A stretch of 64,000 bases of DNA from an uncultured Nitrososphaerales archaeon (lineage in GTDB: Archaea; Thermoproteota; Nitrososphaeria; Nitrososphaerales; Nitrososphaeraceae): contig CAVQMO010000004.1 of assembly GCA_963713605.1 (NCBI GenBank), positions 32,001-96,000 on the forward strand, read 5' to 3'. The position numbers and the translations under genes are program-made. Numbering within the stretch: position 1 is the stretch's first letter; the number at the start of each line of letters is the position of its first letter. The notes under the pieces are model-generated. The model did not search any database, was not told the origin of the DNA, and was given only the letters and a program-made list of their open reading frames with translations. Of this stretch, positions 1-10,883 are shown piece after piece.

Positions 1-423
1 GACTTTCATTCTCCCAAGTACATCATTTGCTTGTTTGATCTGCTTGATTTCTGATGCTGTACTTTATTACCTTTCCTGCACATGTGTCGCACATGTGTCA
101 CAGTATTTTTCTATGAGGATAGCTCCATCACCTACAGCGAATAATGCTTCCTGTGTGGCCTTGTTACCGCAGGCTACACAGAATTTTGTCTTATCACTAT
201 GATCAACAAATGCCCTTAACATTGAAAATATTCTTTCCATTCTATTCTTTCACCCTTACGAAGGTTTCGTTGATTGTATTTCTTGGCAATACTGCAATCA
301 TCGCATCTGCAGCAACTATGAATTTCGGATTGTTTCTCATCGTTATATGTAGTTATCATACATATAAGAACTTGTACTCCATAATAACTAAACTGAGCCT
401 ATTACTGACTAGAGTATGCTATA
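1..423. repeat. Direct repeat copy 1 (cut by window start), matching 13519-13941
   Basis: By eye no mismatch to the copy at 13519; the copies diverge after ...AGAGTATGCTATA. The ORF track gives an identical translation over the shared part. Confidence 0.95.
67..240 (-). CDS. Small CxxC...CxxC (zinc-finger-like) protein, 57 aa
   Basis: Manual translation MERIFSMLRAFVDHSDKTKFCVACGNKATQEALFAVGDGAILIEKYCDTCATHVQER. It is below the ORF-track cutoff. An 11-bp tandem duplication at 78-99 alters the C-terminus. Confidence 0.65.
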   Translation of the reverse strand: MERIFSMLRAFVDHSDKTKFCVACGNKATQEALFAVGDGAILIEKYCDTCATHVQER

Positions 424-589
424 AATTTTGTCTTGATGCATTTAATGCAGGGGAGATCTTGAAATCATTGGTATTTATTTGCATCCACTATTCTTTTCAT
501 TTCATCCTCAAGCCGCATTCTGTTAATACTATTCAAGATATGGATTCAATTAGAAAAGATGGAATCAGTATTCTAAAGCCCCGCCTCGG

Positions 590-624
590 AGAAGTTGGAA
601 ACTTCTAGAAAAGTTGGAAACTTT
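590..624. repeat. Two tandem inverted repeats AAGTT-GGA-AACTT
   Basis: AGAAGTTGGAAACTTCT (590-606) and AAAGTTGGAAACTTT (610-624). Confidence 0.6.
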
Positions 625-786
625 GGTACGAATGGCTTATTCACTTTTTCAGGGTTATGCTCAGGCAGATTTAGTCCTACTAGGTAGGAATCTCAATTTT
701 CAGACGAAGGAGATAGTGATAAATCATGCTTTACTTTCAACATTAGCGTCGTAGAGTCGATTGAAATTTTGAGAAATGGCAATAAT

Positions 787-1543
787 TCATCCTTCTTTTC
801 CAATTCGACAATGTCCTTTCGCTTTTTGACTATATTTTATTTGATTAATCCATCGATGTTTAGAAGGAAAAGCATCAAGGAATCTTATGGGGTAGTTCAA
901 ACTCCCAATACTATAAACTTCTATATTTGAGGATAAGAAACCATCATGTTTTATAAAACAGAGAGAAATTTTTGCTTGTGATTTATTACACATCATAACT
1001 TTAGCAGCCAATATTTTCGGTAACGCCCTATAAAGGGCAATAGAGAATCTTTTTAAATCGTATTTATCTCTTCGTTTTAGGTCCAATACTCTGTCCTCGT
1101 TGCATGAATGATTGTGGATTTCCTTTACAGTTCCGTCTTCGTACAGAAAGATGGGGATGGTATCTACCGTTAAGCACTTGTCACATCCCTCTTAATGAAA
1201 TTAGCTGAAAAGATTTGAGTTTAATGTTGGTTTCACCTTCAGTTAAATTTTCGTCGCCCTTACTTGAAGTAGAACTAGAAATTGCAATGGAACCATCAGG
1301 AATAGCTAGGGACGACTGATGAAAGGGCAAAGTTGAAAAGTTGGCCGATTTTTGCACGAATTGACCCAAAGTACTGGGATAGTAAAACTGTTGTGAATAA
1401 GCTTCTGGTGGTATAAGCTGATTAGTGAGTTCCTTGATTTTCACTTGCTTACTCAGGAGATTAATAAAGTTATCCATATAATCACCTTCCCGATCGTCCC
1501 TATTCGTTTGTCCCCATACACTTTCTCCATCGTTAAATATCAT
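787..1543 (-). pseudogene. Frameshifted hypothetical protein with CxxC...HxC motif
   Basis: ORFs 1181-1543 and 787-1086 are bridged by an open frame reading CDKCLTVDTIP...HNHSCNEDRVLDL. Confidence 0.5.
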
Positions 1544-1909
1544 ATTACTTGGATATTAATAACAAAATTCTCTTATAATACTTTTCTCTATATGATTTAC
1601 TAAGTGAAATGTTATCGACATTTATATAAGAACTATATTCAATACACTAGTTTGCTGGTCTACGTCTGGTTTTTAAGTTTTCTCTGATAATTGCACCGAC
1701 GAGGAAGTATTATATCATATGCTTGAATTTAATCTAAATCGCTAGTGATATTCATAGTGTATGCCCAGCTTGTCATTTGTTATGGCTTGTAAACAAAAGT
1801 TCGGGCAGATAATTTTGGATTTTCTTATTAATAGTTATGTAGCTATGGGTGGAAAAACAGGGTAACGACCACTTAATAGGTAGACTCAATTCCAAAGACA
1901 TCCCTTAGT

Positions 1910-2091
1910 AAACCTATTGTGGAAAAACAACTAAAAGACGAAGAAGCAGTGAAAAGAAAATTGACGTTGATTACATGACAGATAGCATCATAGTGGAATT
2001 TGATTCGTCACTCATAACAAAAGAGGAGATAAAAAATAGATTAGAAAAGTCTGGTTACAAGTTTGTTAGGACAACAACTACTACTGTATAG
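1910..2091 (+). pseudogene. Heavy-metal-associated (HMA/CopZ-like) domain remnant
   Basis: KPIVEKQLKDEEAVK/IDVDYMTDSIIVEFDSSLITKEEIKNRLEKSGY; the N-terminal CxxC is missing and there is one frameshift. Confidence 0.55.
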
Positions 2092-2227
2092 CTGTTAAAG
2101 GCAGTAGACAGAAATGCAGCAGCCGTTTAAGATCTTCTGTTTGAGATTTTTATCCTTGAATTCCTCAACCAAGACAGTGTCAGTTTTCACTTTGGTCATC
2201 CGAACAAGATTCTTGTGAGATTGTTGG

Positions 2228-2325
2228 CTATTGAGCCATTTTACGACATATTTCAGCACATCTTCGACATGCTTGTGCACACAATTTACAGTGTTTCATC
2301 TGCTAATGCTTCTCACATTCTTCAA
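2228..2325 (-). pseudogene. Four-helix-bundle copper storage protein (Csp3/DUF326-like) C-terminal remnant
   Basis: EECEKH*QMKHCKLCAQACRRCAEICRKMAQ: CxxC/CxxxC periodicity, with an internal stop. Confidence 0.65.
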
Positions 2326-3210
2326 CACTCTTCGCTATTGTATCCTGATGGACAACGGTGCAAACTTGATCCAATTCATCACCGGCTGATACCACTGCCG
2401 AATCCAAATAGGAGTCCTCCGAACTTGGGGGACCCACGACTCATTCAGCTTCTTGAAGTCCGAGACCTGTATTCATCAGGGTGTATATTGCACCCTCTGT
2501 CAAGTTCTTGATCTGTCCCCAATTGACGTTCATATAATTTCCAGCCTGTGCATATAGCAGGAGCAGGAATATGCCGCCACTTAGAAACATCAGAAGACGA
2601 TAATAGTGGATAATCTTGTCCGTAGCAATTTAATCTATTCTATGGAATGATTTTGTTTTTGGGACCTACTGTCCTGCCAATATCTCTTCAGAACCAACAC
2701 AATTATCACTGCTGAAATTCCACTTGAATAAGGGAAAGGGACAATAAATTGAGCTGCTACCATTATCCCAAATGTCATCAACACTGCTATAACTAGCTTG
2801 GTTCGTGACATAGAACTACTGACATTTGCTCTTAAGTCGTCGATTTAAGTATTGTGTTATTACCTACTAAATAAGATAGGATAAGCTTTTATCAAAATGT
2901 CTACACTTATCTATTCTATAGTTAATTCGGAAGATAAATGCAGGATAAACGTATCTTACCATTATGTTTACTACTTAATATCATGACCTAGATGACGGCT
3001 GTAAGTGCTTCCAATTAACATATAAATCCCAGAGAAAGAAACAGTCGGTTCTGGAATCGACGTGGAGTAATACAGGTAGTAGATCCGGTCATGACGGCTA
3101 CAATATCTTATCGTTGATATTATACTAGATCTAGGAATTTCTATTATTATTAATATTAATGGAAGTATGACGACTCTAAAGAGTTAATAGAACTGACTAA
3201 AGATGTATTT

Positions 3211-3501
3211 ATGGAGAACTATGGAATGAAAACACGAAGTAAAATCGGTATTTTTGTAGTTATAATGGTAGCTGTGGGTATGATAGCATTATTCGCGTAC
3301 ACTTGGCAGATTGAATCTGCTAGAGCTAGAGCTATTCAGCAGGATATGTTTGATTGTATAGTTACCTATGGCAGTGGTACTCCATGTGTTAAAATATGCG
3401 AGGGTACGTTAGATGACAGTAGATACCCAGCAATCAGGGAGTTAGATATGGAAGACTGTAAACCTTTCGTAGATGAAGTAATTGAAAGAATTAATCTGTG
3501 A
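3211..3501 (+). CDS. Hypothetical membrane-anchored protein
   Basis: 96 aa with an N-terminal hydrophobic helix and 4 Cys. Confidence 0.6.
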   Translation: MENYGMKTRSKIGIFVVIMVAVGMIALFAYTWQIESARARAIQQDMFDCIVTYGSGTPCVKICEGTLDDSRYPAIRELDMEDCKPFVDEVIERINL

Positions 3502-3722
3502 TATCAATGTAGATTACAAAGCATTAATGGAGGAGGCGATGGCACAGCTGGACATAGCGATTGACCCTATCTAACGGCCAAATGAGAAATGGTAGGAATT
3601 AAGAAGCCCATTCTAATTTTTAATTCTTTATATCGATGAGATTAAGACAAATAGCTCGAGAAAATTAAGTCAGTACACCCACCGTTGAGACCCGTTTTGT
3701 TGATGAGAAGACTAAGCTGGGG

Positions 3723-4064
3723 ATGAATATGCATTATATAGGATTTTTATTGAGCGACATTGCAAAAGTTATTCCTATAGAGGGTGAAGGTAATGTACTT
3801 AGATTGGAGGATTTGATAGTTACTAATGGATCAGATCTATATGTATATCTCCCAACAGATAAGAGTGCATCGGATTTCGTAGATTTGGGTAGGTTAAAGG
3901 CCAATATTGGGAATCAAAACTATCCGATACCTCTGGGAACAGATATGTCAGTCATATTTAAAACATTCTCATTATGGGCGCAATTAAAAAGTCATGATAT
4001 TCTCGTCCATAACAGACATGCTGATTGGCATGATCTTAGGTATGATCGTCAGCCTCTCTATTAA
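3723..4064 (+). pseudogene. DM13 domain fragment
   Basis: LRLEDLIVTNGSDLYVYL...DFVDLGRLKANIGNQNYPIP is typical of DM13; both ends are unrelated sequence. Confidence 0.7.
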
Positions 4065-4182
4065 TAAAATTGATTAGATCCTTATAATTGAAACGTAAAG
4101 GTGAAAGGTATTTTCCAAAAGTAAATGTAGGTTGGATGGCTTCGGATGAAGGCGCATCTGCAATAGTTAATAGTACAGCTCA

Positions 4183-4893
4183 CTACCTTAATACAAGGCT
4201 GCTAATTATATTAATGGACGTAGCTGGACTGTAATAGGCTGAGGGCTGTGCAGAATACGTTACCACATACCATTTATTATCTTTGAAAGTCCAGGCCTGT
4301 GTCTGTTTAATATCGGATAGGTCATCAGTTATTAAATATGTAATCTGATACCCTGGCAGTCCTGATATTACTGTAGGAACAGATTGTAACAAAGTAACGT
4401 TACCAAAAGTTTGCCTTAGATGAGCAATAGTAGAATTCAAGGTTTCATTTATCAGAAATTTAGTAGATTTAGAAGCGTCAGCTGCACTAGCAACCGGCTT
4501 AGTTGGCTGAATAGCAAACGAACCAACGTTAGTATCCAAATACTTTTTCATAATATTCTCCAAATATTCACTCTGATTTAATACGACAACATTCGCGTTC
4601 TCAGAATAGCTATGCATACCTTTGATCCCAGTAAGATAAAAATCTGCTATTATATTGTTGCCTGAAATATTTCCCAAATTTTCAAGCACGTTCCAATTCG
4701 AAGGGTACTTGACTCGTATGCCTGCAGTCATATTTTCGTACGTCATATAATTTACTTCAGATGAATTCCCGCCAAAGTCGAAATAAACCTGTCCGGCTAC
4801 TGAGAACTGATGAGCTAGATATGGATATGAATTCATAAAGAGCATAAGTAAAATCAAGCCACATACTGCAACCCGTGGGATAAAATATTTCAT
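4183..4893 (-). CDS. PsbP-like secreted protein
   Basis: Signal/TM segment, YENxxxGIRVKYPSNW and C-terminal YVVTYSAQPSAY. Confidence 0.75.
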   Translation of the reverse strand: MKYFIPRVAVCGLILLMLFMNSYPYLAHQFSVAGQVYFDFGGNSSEVNYMTYENMTAGIRVKYPSNWNVLENLGNISGNNIIADFYLTGIKGMHSYSENANVVVLNQSEYLENIMKKYLDTNVGSFAIQPTKPVASAADASKSTKFLINETLNSTIAHLRQTFGNVTLLQSVPTVISGLPGYQITYLITDDLSDIKQTQAWTFKDNKWYVVTYSAQPSAYYSPATSINIISSLVLR

Positions 4894-5184
4894 TTTTTGC
4901 TGCCAGTATACCTCCTTCTAAGTAACTGGATATAATAGTTTAATTTTATTTCAATATTTCTATCTTATCCCCTGGCCTCTATGTTTTGAATTTGAATGTG
5001 AATGTGACCCACCAAGATAATTATTGTAAATTTTTACATAAAATGCTCTCCAGTAAGATGTCATCTATCATCTTCTAATGCAAATTGGGTATCCTCATTC
5101 AGTATTATAAGGCCCCTTTAAAAATTGAAATTGTTACAGCGCGTTGATATAAGAAAAAGATGGAAGGTAATGTTAACTCGTTTA

Positions 5185-5505
5185 TCAGTTCGCTGTATTT
5201 TCCTTACTTTCTGAGGATAGTAACTGCTTTGCCTGATCAAGGTTACTATTTATTTTATCTATATGTTGCTGTATTTGTTCTATCGGTACTTTATCTTGTA
5301 TTATTTGTCTTAACTCCTCCCTAAGTAGTACTTCTGTATTCTTCATCATTAAGGCTTGATCTCTCTCCACTATTGGATCTTCAATAAACTCGAAGTTATC
5401 TAGATATGCTTGTATAGCTAATATTTCAGTTCCACTATAGTCCTGATTTTTGTATGCATCTAATGTTTGATTTAGTAAATTGCGGATCTCAGATATTATA
5501 GCCAC
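5185..5505 (-). pseudogene. C-terminal fragment of a helical exported (iron-uptake-associated-like) protein
   Basis: AIQAYLDNFEFIE helical motif; no credible N-terminus. Confidence 0.4.
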
Positions 5506-5850
5506 AGGATCTACGCCACTACCAGCAGTAGGTGAGAGATTTACCTATTAGGAGAACTAATATATATTCTTGCTTCTGATTCTTACATAGGAGAATTTAG
5601 AGGTTAGATATACTTGCAATTCTAAATGGTACTATCGCCGAGTGCGATCCTCTATAGAATCTTTCAAATATTTTGTCTCCTATTCAATTATACCTTCAAA
5701 CAGGACTGCATTCGAAGGATAGGGCTAATAGCCTACCCATATTTATCCATTTTTGTAGTTCCTTACTTGAAAATAATGCTCAGGCGATACTAATGAATGG
5801 GGTGTGTCAGCACTTTCATAAAAGAAGTGAGTTTATATTGTAATTTCTTG

Positions 5851-6008
5851 ATGGTTTTATCATAAAGTATAGTACAATAAAGGAGGTATTCAAGCAAGAG
5901 TTTACAACCGTTATCAAACTTGTAGGCAACGGAGCATTAATTTACGTGGACAGGTCATTGATAGGCAAGAAAGTGCATGTGTTCCTAGAGGTAATCGAGG
6001 ATGAATAA
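5851..6008 (+). pseudogene. DUF2080-like (transposon-associated, AbrB-like) small protein
   Basis: Frame reads KEVFKQEFTTVIKLVGNGALIYVDRSLIGKKVHVFLEV*. The nearest ATG (5851) is one base out of frame across a T-run. Confidence 0.5.
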
Positions 6009-6378
6009 TAAGATGGATTTGAAAAATATGAATGAATTGCTATTTGCCGTTATAGCCATCTTGGCTATTTTGATAACAGCATGCTTTATCAATAATCATT
6101 TCGTCATAGGAACGCCAACAGAAGAAAACAAGACAGTAAACCCCGACAACCTAACAACACTAGATAGAATGCGATTCACAGCAATTCAAATGACAATACT
6201 ATCATTGGAGTCAGAACAACCAACGAATATGTCAAACGACGAAATAGCGGCAAAGATATATGAATATCAACAATCCAACAAAACAATCGATAGATTGACT
6301 ACTTTCGAAATTGAGTCATTGTATAGAAACATAACTAACGGTAGTCAAGTAGGACCTGATGATATGAATGGCAGTTAA
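6001..6378 (+). CDS. Hypothetical membrane-anchored protein
   Basis: 125 aa with an N-terminal TM; overlaps both neighbours. Confidence 0.6.
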   Translation: MNNKMDLKNMNELLFAVIAILAILITACFINNHFVIGTPTEENKTVNPDNLTTLDRMRFTAIQMTILSLESEQPTNMSNDEIAAKIYEYQQSNKTIDRLTTFEIESLYRNITNGSQVGPDDMNGS

Positions 6379-6763
6379 AACAAAGTGCGTTCGAGATCCC
6401 GTTGATATAGTACATGATGGACTTAGAGTAATGATTGCAAGATATTGGCCGAAAGGGGTTAATCGGTCAAGTATCGATATGCGATGTATTGCATTAGCAC
6501 CAAGTGAAAGATTAGTCAACCAATGGTTACATCTCAAAAGAGTATGCAAGAAAAACAATGATATGGATTTACTGAATATGGGATGGAATGATTTCAAGAA
6601 TAAACTAATGAATGAATTTAATAGTAATCAACCTCAATTTTCACATCTTATTGAGATGCTTAGACGAATTAATACTCATTCAAATGTAACATTATTATGC
6701 AATGAGAAGAATGACGATCCTTATTGTCATAGGTATATGGTTAAGGAATTAATCGAATTCTAG
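6368..6763 (+). CDS. DUF488/YeaO family protein
   Basis: DGLRVMIARYWPKGV, LAPS, VTLLCNE...CHR motifs. Confidence 0.8.
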   Translation: MAVKTKCVRDPVDIVHDGLRVMIARYWPKGVNRSSIDMRCIALAPSERLVNQWLHLKRVCKKNNDMDLLNMGWNDFKNKLMNEFNSNQPQFSHLIEMLRRINTHSNVTLLCNEKNDDPYCHRYMVKELIEF

Positions 6764-7258
6764 ATATGCATACAATGTGTTACACAGCAGCCACAGAGTA
6801 TACATTCTCTGGACAGCTCTTCTGAGGCGTCTTGGTTTGGATAGACTGAAATAATAAAAGAAAAGTGTTTCTTATCCCATCTTTCTTAAGATCTGATAGT
6901 GCATGACATTGTTATGCGTTGATGGAAGCAGTTGGATCTTATATGTATCAGTAAGATATATTGACGGATACTAGTTTTGAGTAACTAGTAGTAGTTTTGT
7001 TTATGAGCCTAAGAGCAGCATACATTAACATCTAGTATGCCGCCTTCAATCGAATCGAGCTCATATCCATCATTGCTCCTCTATCAGAAGTCCGTCTCCC
7101 CGTTAATCAGCGCCAGTCATCTATAATAAATACATCAGGTCGATTATAGCCCATATCAGGTGGATTCAGGTCCACATCTGACTGGTTTTACTACCAAGGA
7201 GACTGTTTTTAACTGGTCTAACTTAATGAATGTATAGTTTAACCTTTTTATAAGGTGA

Positions 7259-7795
7259 TCATTTTCTGCTTCTTTTGACTGTGGTTCTTTTAAGTGACTT
7301 GTTTTTCCTGGATCTTGGTTTAATGTTGGAAGCCTGTCTTCTAAATTTTGTTTTCGTTCTTGTTCCTGATGCAGAAGGTGTTCTAATTCTCTGGATATCT
7401 TTTTGAATTCGTGTCACTTGCTTCTGTAGCTGACTGAGTTGAGATTGAATCTGTTTTATTGATTGTAAAGGTGATTGGCTTGTTCCTGCACCTTTTGTCG
7501 ACTTGGCCTGCTTTTGCTTCTGTATGGATTGAATCATCATTGTTATCTTACTAATCTGATTTCCATGCTTCTCTACTTGCTTTGATATATTTGACAAATA
7601 AGATGTTACTCGCCTCTTAGACTTCTTTTTACTAATTCCGGATTCCTCTTGTACCTGCTCTATTTGTTTGTTCTGTTCTTGCACTTCGTGTTCTGCTGGA
7701 AACGTTTCGACTAGTGAAGCCTGTTCATCTGTCACATCAATTGAAGTAGGTCCTACTTCACTTTCCTCTAACGGTTTATTCATCTCTTCAGTCAT
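7259..7795 (-). CDS. Hypothetical coiled-coil protein with acidic N-terminus and basic tail
   Basis: ORF 7259-7945; probable start MTEEMNKPLEES at 7795; Q-rich heptads and a K/R-rich C-terminus. Confidence 0.65.
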   Translation of the reverse strand: MTEEMNKPLEESEVGPTSIDVTDEQASLVETFPAEHEVQEQNKQIEQVQEESGISKKKSKRRVTSYLSNISKQVEKHGNQISKITMMIQSIQKQKQAKSTKGAGTSQSPLQSIKQIQSQLSQLQKQVTRIQKDIQRIRTPSASGTRTKTKFRRQASNIKPRSRKNKSLKRTTVKRSRK

Positions 7796-8056
7796 AATAG
7801 AATCCTTCTTCTCTTTCCTCCTGCATGTGCTGTTCTTCGTCTTCATCCTATTTATCTTAGATATATCATCGTACTCCAATCCAACCAACCCAAATCCCCA
7901 TGTAGGATTTACATCGTACTCCAAATGGTATGGTATACATAACAATTTTTGATGTTGAGAAGTGAAATTGAACCGTCATTGAATCCTTTAACGAGGATTC
8001 ATCTAAGGATTGAAATACTGTAACACATATTCATGCTATTAACGAATACTTATATA

Positions 8057-8505
8057 ATGAACTCAGCACCTCCTACGCCAGAAGACGTTGAGGAAAAGAC
8101 AGAAGTTATCTATGGTGCTGAAAATATAATCAATCACGCCTTGAATTTAATATCTGTTCTCAAAAAATCTGTAGATAATTGTACTGATTCTAATGGTCCA
8201 TCGATGTTTATAATTCCTAATCACTCCATAGCAAATGCGTATAGAGAACTAAAAGAAAGAGGGAATAAGATTCATGGCTGAAATTACAAAGGATAACATA
8301 GTGTATTGAAAGGAACTTATGAAGATATGTGAGCTACGTCATTTAGACGAAACCAAAGGGAACTTTGGAATAGCTGATGGGATCTACTATACTGCTGGTG
8401 CAAAAACAGTCGAAACTTCGCCTCCCCCACTACTTATTGAAAGTACGGTAAAGGCTTTTGTGGAATAACAGCAGTACTTTTTTGATATGCTATGGAAAAA
8501 GGCTA
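8057..8505 (+). pseudogene. N-terminal TrmB-like/sensor region of a histidine kinase, decayed
   Basis: EKTEVIYGAENII...EITKDNIVY*KELMKICELRHLDETKGNFGIADG...FVE*QQYFFDMLWKKA, with a frameshift and two stops. Confidence 0.7.
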
Positions 8506-8761
8506 CGATCTTTACGGATAAAGTCATTGACATCCAAGAACTAAAAGTACAGGGTTACAAGCATAGGATGTGATTATACCCCTTTATTCTAACGGATTCA
8601 GTGACTACTATAACTGCTATAAGGTTAATGGCCCTCACGACATTGGTTTTCATGGTAATTAATGCCAATCATTACCACAATCAAGATGTTAAAATAAAAG
8701 AAAAGTTGCGAGAGAATTAAGTTATTTATTTGCTAATTCTGTCCATCAGATGAACTTGTAT

Positions 8762-9128
8762 TTATTCTGCTGCACCGCCTTCTTCTTCATCACCTTCACT
8801 TCCGGTATTATCTGCATTGCTAGTGCCTTCATCACCAGAAGGGCTATCGGTTGAAGCAGTAGTACCCTCACTACCACTAGCCGTTCCAGTATTGTAAATC
8901 GGAGCGAAGCAATCTCTTATTTGTTGTTCGGAAACAGATCCATCAACCTCAGCATTGGAAAGACAAGATTGGAAGTCCTGATAATCCTGACTAGCTGAAC
9001 TGGTATCTTCACCTGTTCCGTCAGTCTGCGCTATTAATGGCGTAACATAATTCACACTTGCTGGTACAATCAGGTACTAAAACTATTGTTACTATTACAG
9101 CTATAACTTGAGTTTTTTTCTTATCCAT
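8762..9128 (-). pseudogene. Secreted acidic protein, frameshifted after the signal peptide
   Basis: MDKKKTQVIAVIVTIVLV lies out of frame with ORF 8762-9055. Confidence 0.55.
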
Positions 9129-9296
9129 TGCCAGATAATTATCCGCAATGTATAAAATTATTGGCGTTGGAATGTTTAGAAAGATATATCAGAAATAGTT
9201 GACAAAAATTACACAGTTTCAGCCATCTTGAACTCTATTGAATCTGTGTTCCCCCATTATTGCTAGTATCAGTGAAAACAGTTATCGTCATTATTA

Positions 9297-9759
9297 TCAT
9301 TCCCATTCAGCTGTATTTTTTTCTGCTATTACTTTTGTAGGTTTTATGCGTACTAGAATTGCACCTTCAGGTACTATTTCTTTTACCATATTCTTCTGCA
9401 TTATCAATTCCTATATACCGCTTTGCTATTTTGGTAGCCCACTTGAAAAGTTCATTCTGTTTGAGATGATATATTTTTGCATTACCGAATAGTTACAAAG
9501 AAAACTGAGGTGTCTGAACGTCAACACAAATGCTTACTCTATTATCACGTTGGATGTTTCTTGCCTTAAGTGAGCTGTCATAAGTGGTAAAAACGACATC
9601 TCCAACTGCTCGTTTTCTTGTTCGGTCTTTTTGGTCGTCCAAAACAAACCATATCGGAATCACGTGTGGACTTTCATCTTTCTTAATTGTAGCAAGTTTT
9701 GCTGTAAAAGTGCCTTGCATAAGAAACTGTTTAATTTCTTTTCTGGACATTTCTGTCAT
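9297..9759 (-). pseudogene. PPOX-class (pyridoxamine 5'-phosphate oxidase-like) F420-dependent oxidoreductase, frameshifted
   Basis: AKLATIKKDESPHVIPIWF...KARNIQRDNRVSICVD, continued in another frame by WATKIAKRYIG...LVRIKPTKVIAEK. Confidence 0.8.
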
Positions 9760-10091
9760 TATTTTTATAACCCTCTAGCTTTTTAAAAAGTAATTCACCT
9801 CCTCTGAGCTCTCAAGTCAAATCATTGCAGAACATTCTTCGTCAGATCATAATAATCTCTATGTGATTCTATTGAAAAACCTGGAAAACAGATCTTGTAC
9901 TATTTGCTTAGGATTAAGTAGTAACAATCAGTGCATATTTTTAGTATATTAATATTCAAAAATATAAAATTCATAATCAGAAATGCTATTAGTTGCTCAC
10001 TGATATGGCTTAACAGTCAGATCTAGGGATGTATTACTAACTCTAATTCATTCTCAGTTGAAAATATAGAAGATAATATTTTTTTCTTTTA

Positions 10092-10487
10092 TTATTTGAG
10101 AATTTCCTTAATCTTCTGATTTTCTATCAAATTATCTATAAACCTACTATATTCTTCTATTAGTGGTTCCTTTCGAGGGTGATGTATTAATATTGCATCT
10201 AATGCTTTTAATTTCCAGTAATAGAGTGAGCCCATTGCAATTGTAGATTCGGCCTCATAAACTACTTTACCTAATGAAGTTAAAACATACTTCCGTTTTT
10301 CTCTTTTGATCAATCCAACCTTCATCATACGGGATATTCTTCTGTAGTATTGCCTTGCTGTGAATTTAAATTGTTTTTTAAATAGATCGTTATTACTATT
10401 ATCTGTGGTAGCAATTGCTTTAAAGATGACTAACGATATCTCATCAGAAATTGCATATATAATATCAGCTTCAGCCACACCTATCAC
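10092..10487 (-). CDS. Winged helix-turn-helix regulator
   Basis: FTARQYYRRISRMMKVGLIKR...YVLTSLGKVVY. Confidence 0.75.
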   Translation of the reverse strand: MIGVAEADIIYAISDEISLVIFKAIATTDNSNNDLFKKQFKFTARQYYRRISRMMKVGLIKREKRKYVLTSLGKVVYEAESTIAMGSLYYWKLKALDAILIHHPRKEPLIEEYSRFIDNLIENQKIKEILK

Positions 10488-10883
10488 AATTATTTTTCAA
10501 TGCTTGATAAAAAGAGAAACAATATATATCGCTACTCTTCCTGGTCAAGGAAACAAATACAATAGAGTTACCGTGAATAGCCACAAATTGAATCCATGCC
10601 ATTACTATTCCGATTTAAAATTAAATCATAAGACTTTTTACCATTATTAAAGTCGTATGAATCGTTCAGACGAAAGAACGTTCTACTTAAAATCTACTGC
10701 AATCAAAATTAGTTGTAAAATTATAATGTTATCTTGATGCTTAGAAAAGATGAATATCTAATCCATCTGTAGGATGATACTCATATATTATTTTATAGAA
10801 TTTTTCATTTGACGACCACAAATATTATTGCTATTTACAGCCCTTAAAAATTCTGTAACCGATAAGGTATACACTATTTATAA

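Noticed and set aside
144..608. 154-aa plus-strand ORF (and 13662-13988)
   Set aside because: No recognisable motifs; it lies antisense to the CxxC gene and its C-terminus differs past the repeat boundary.
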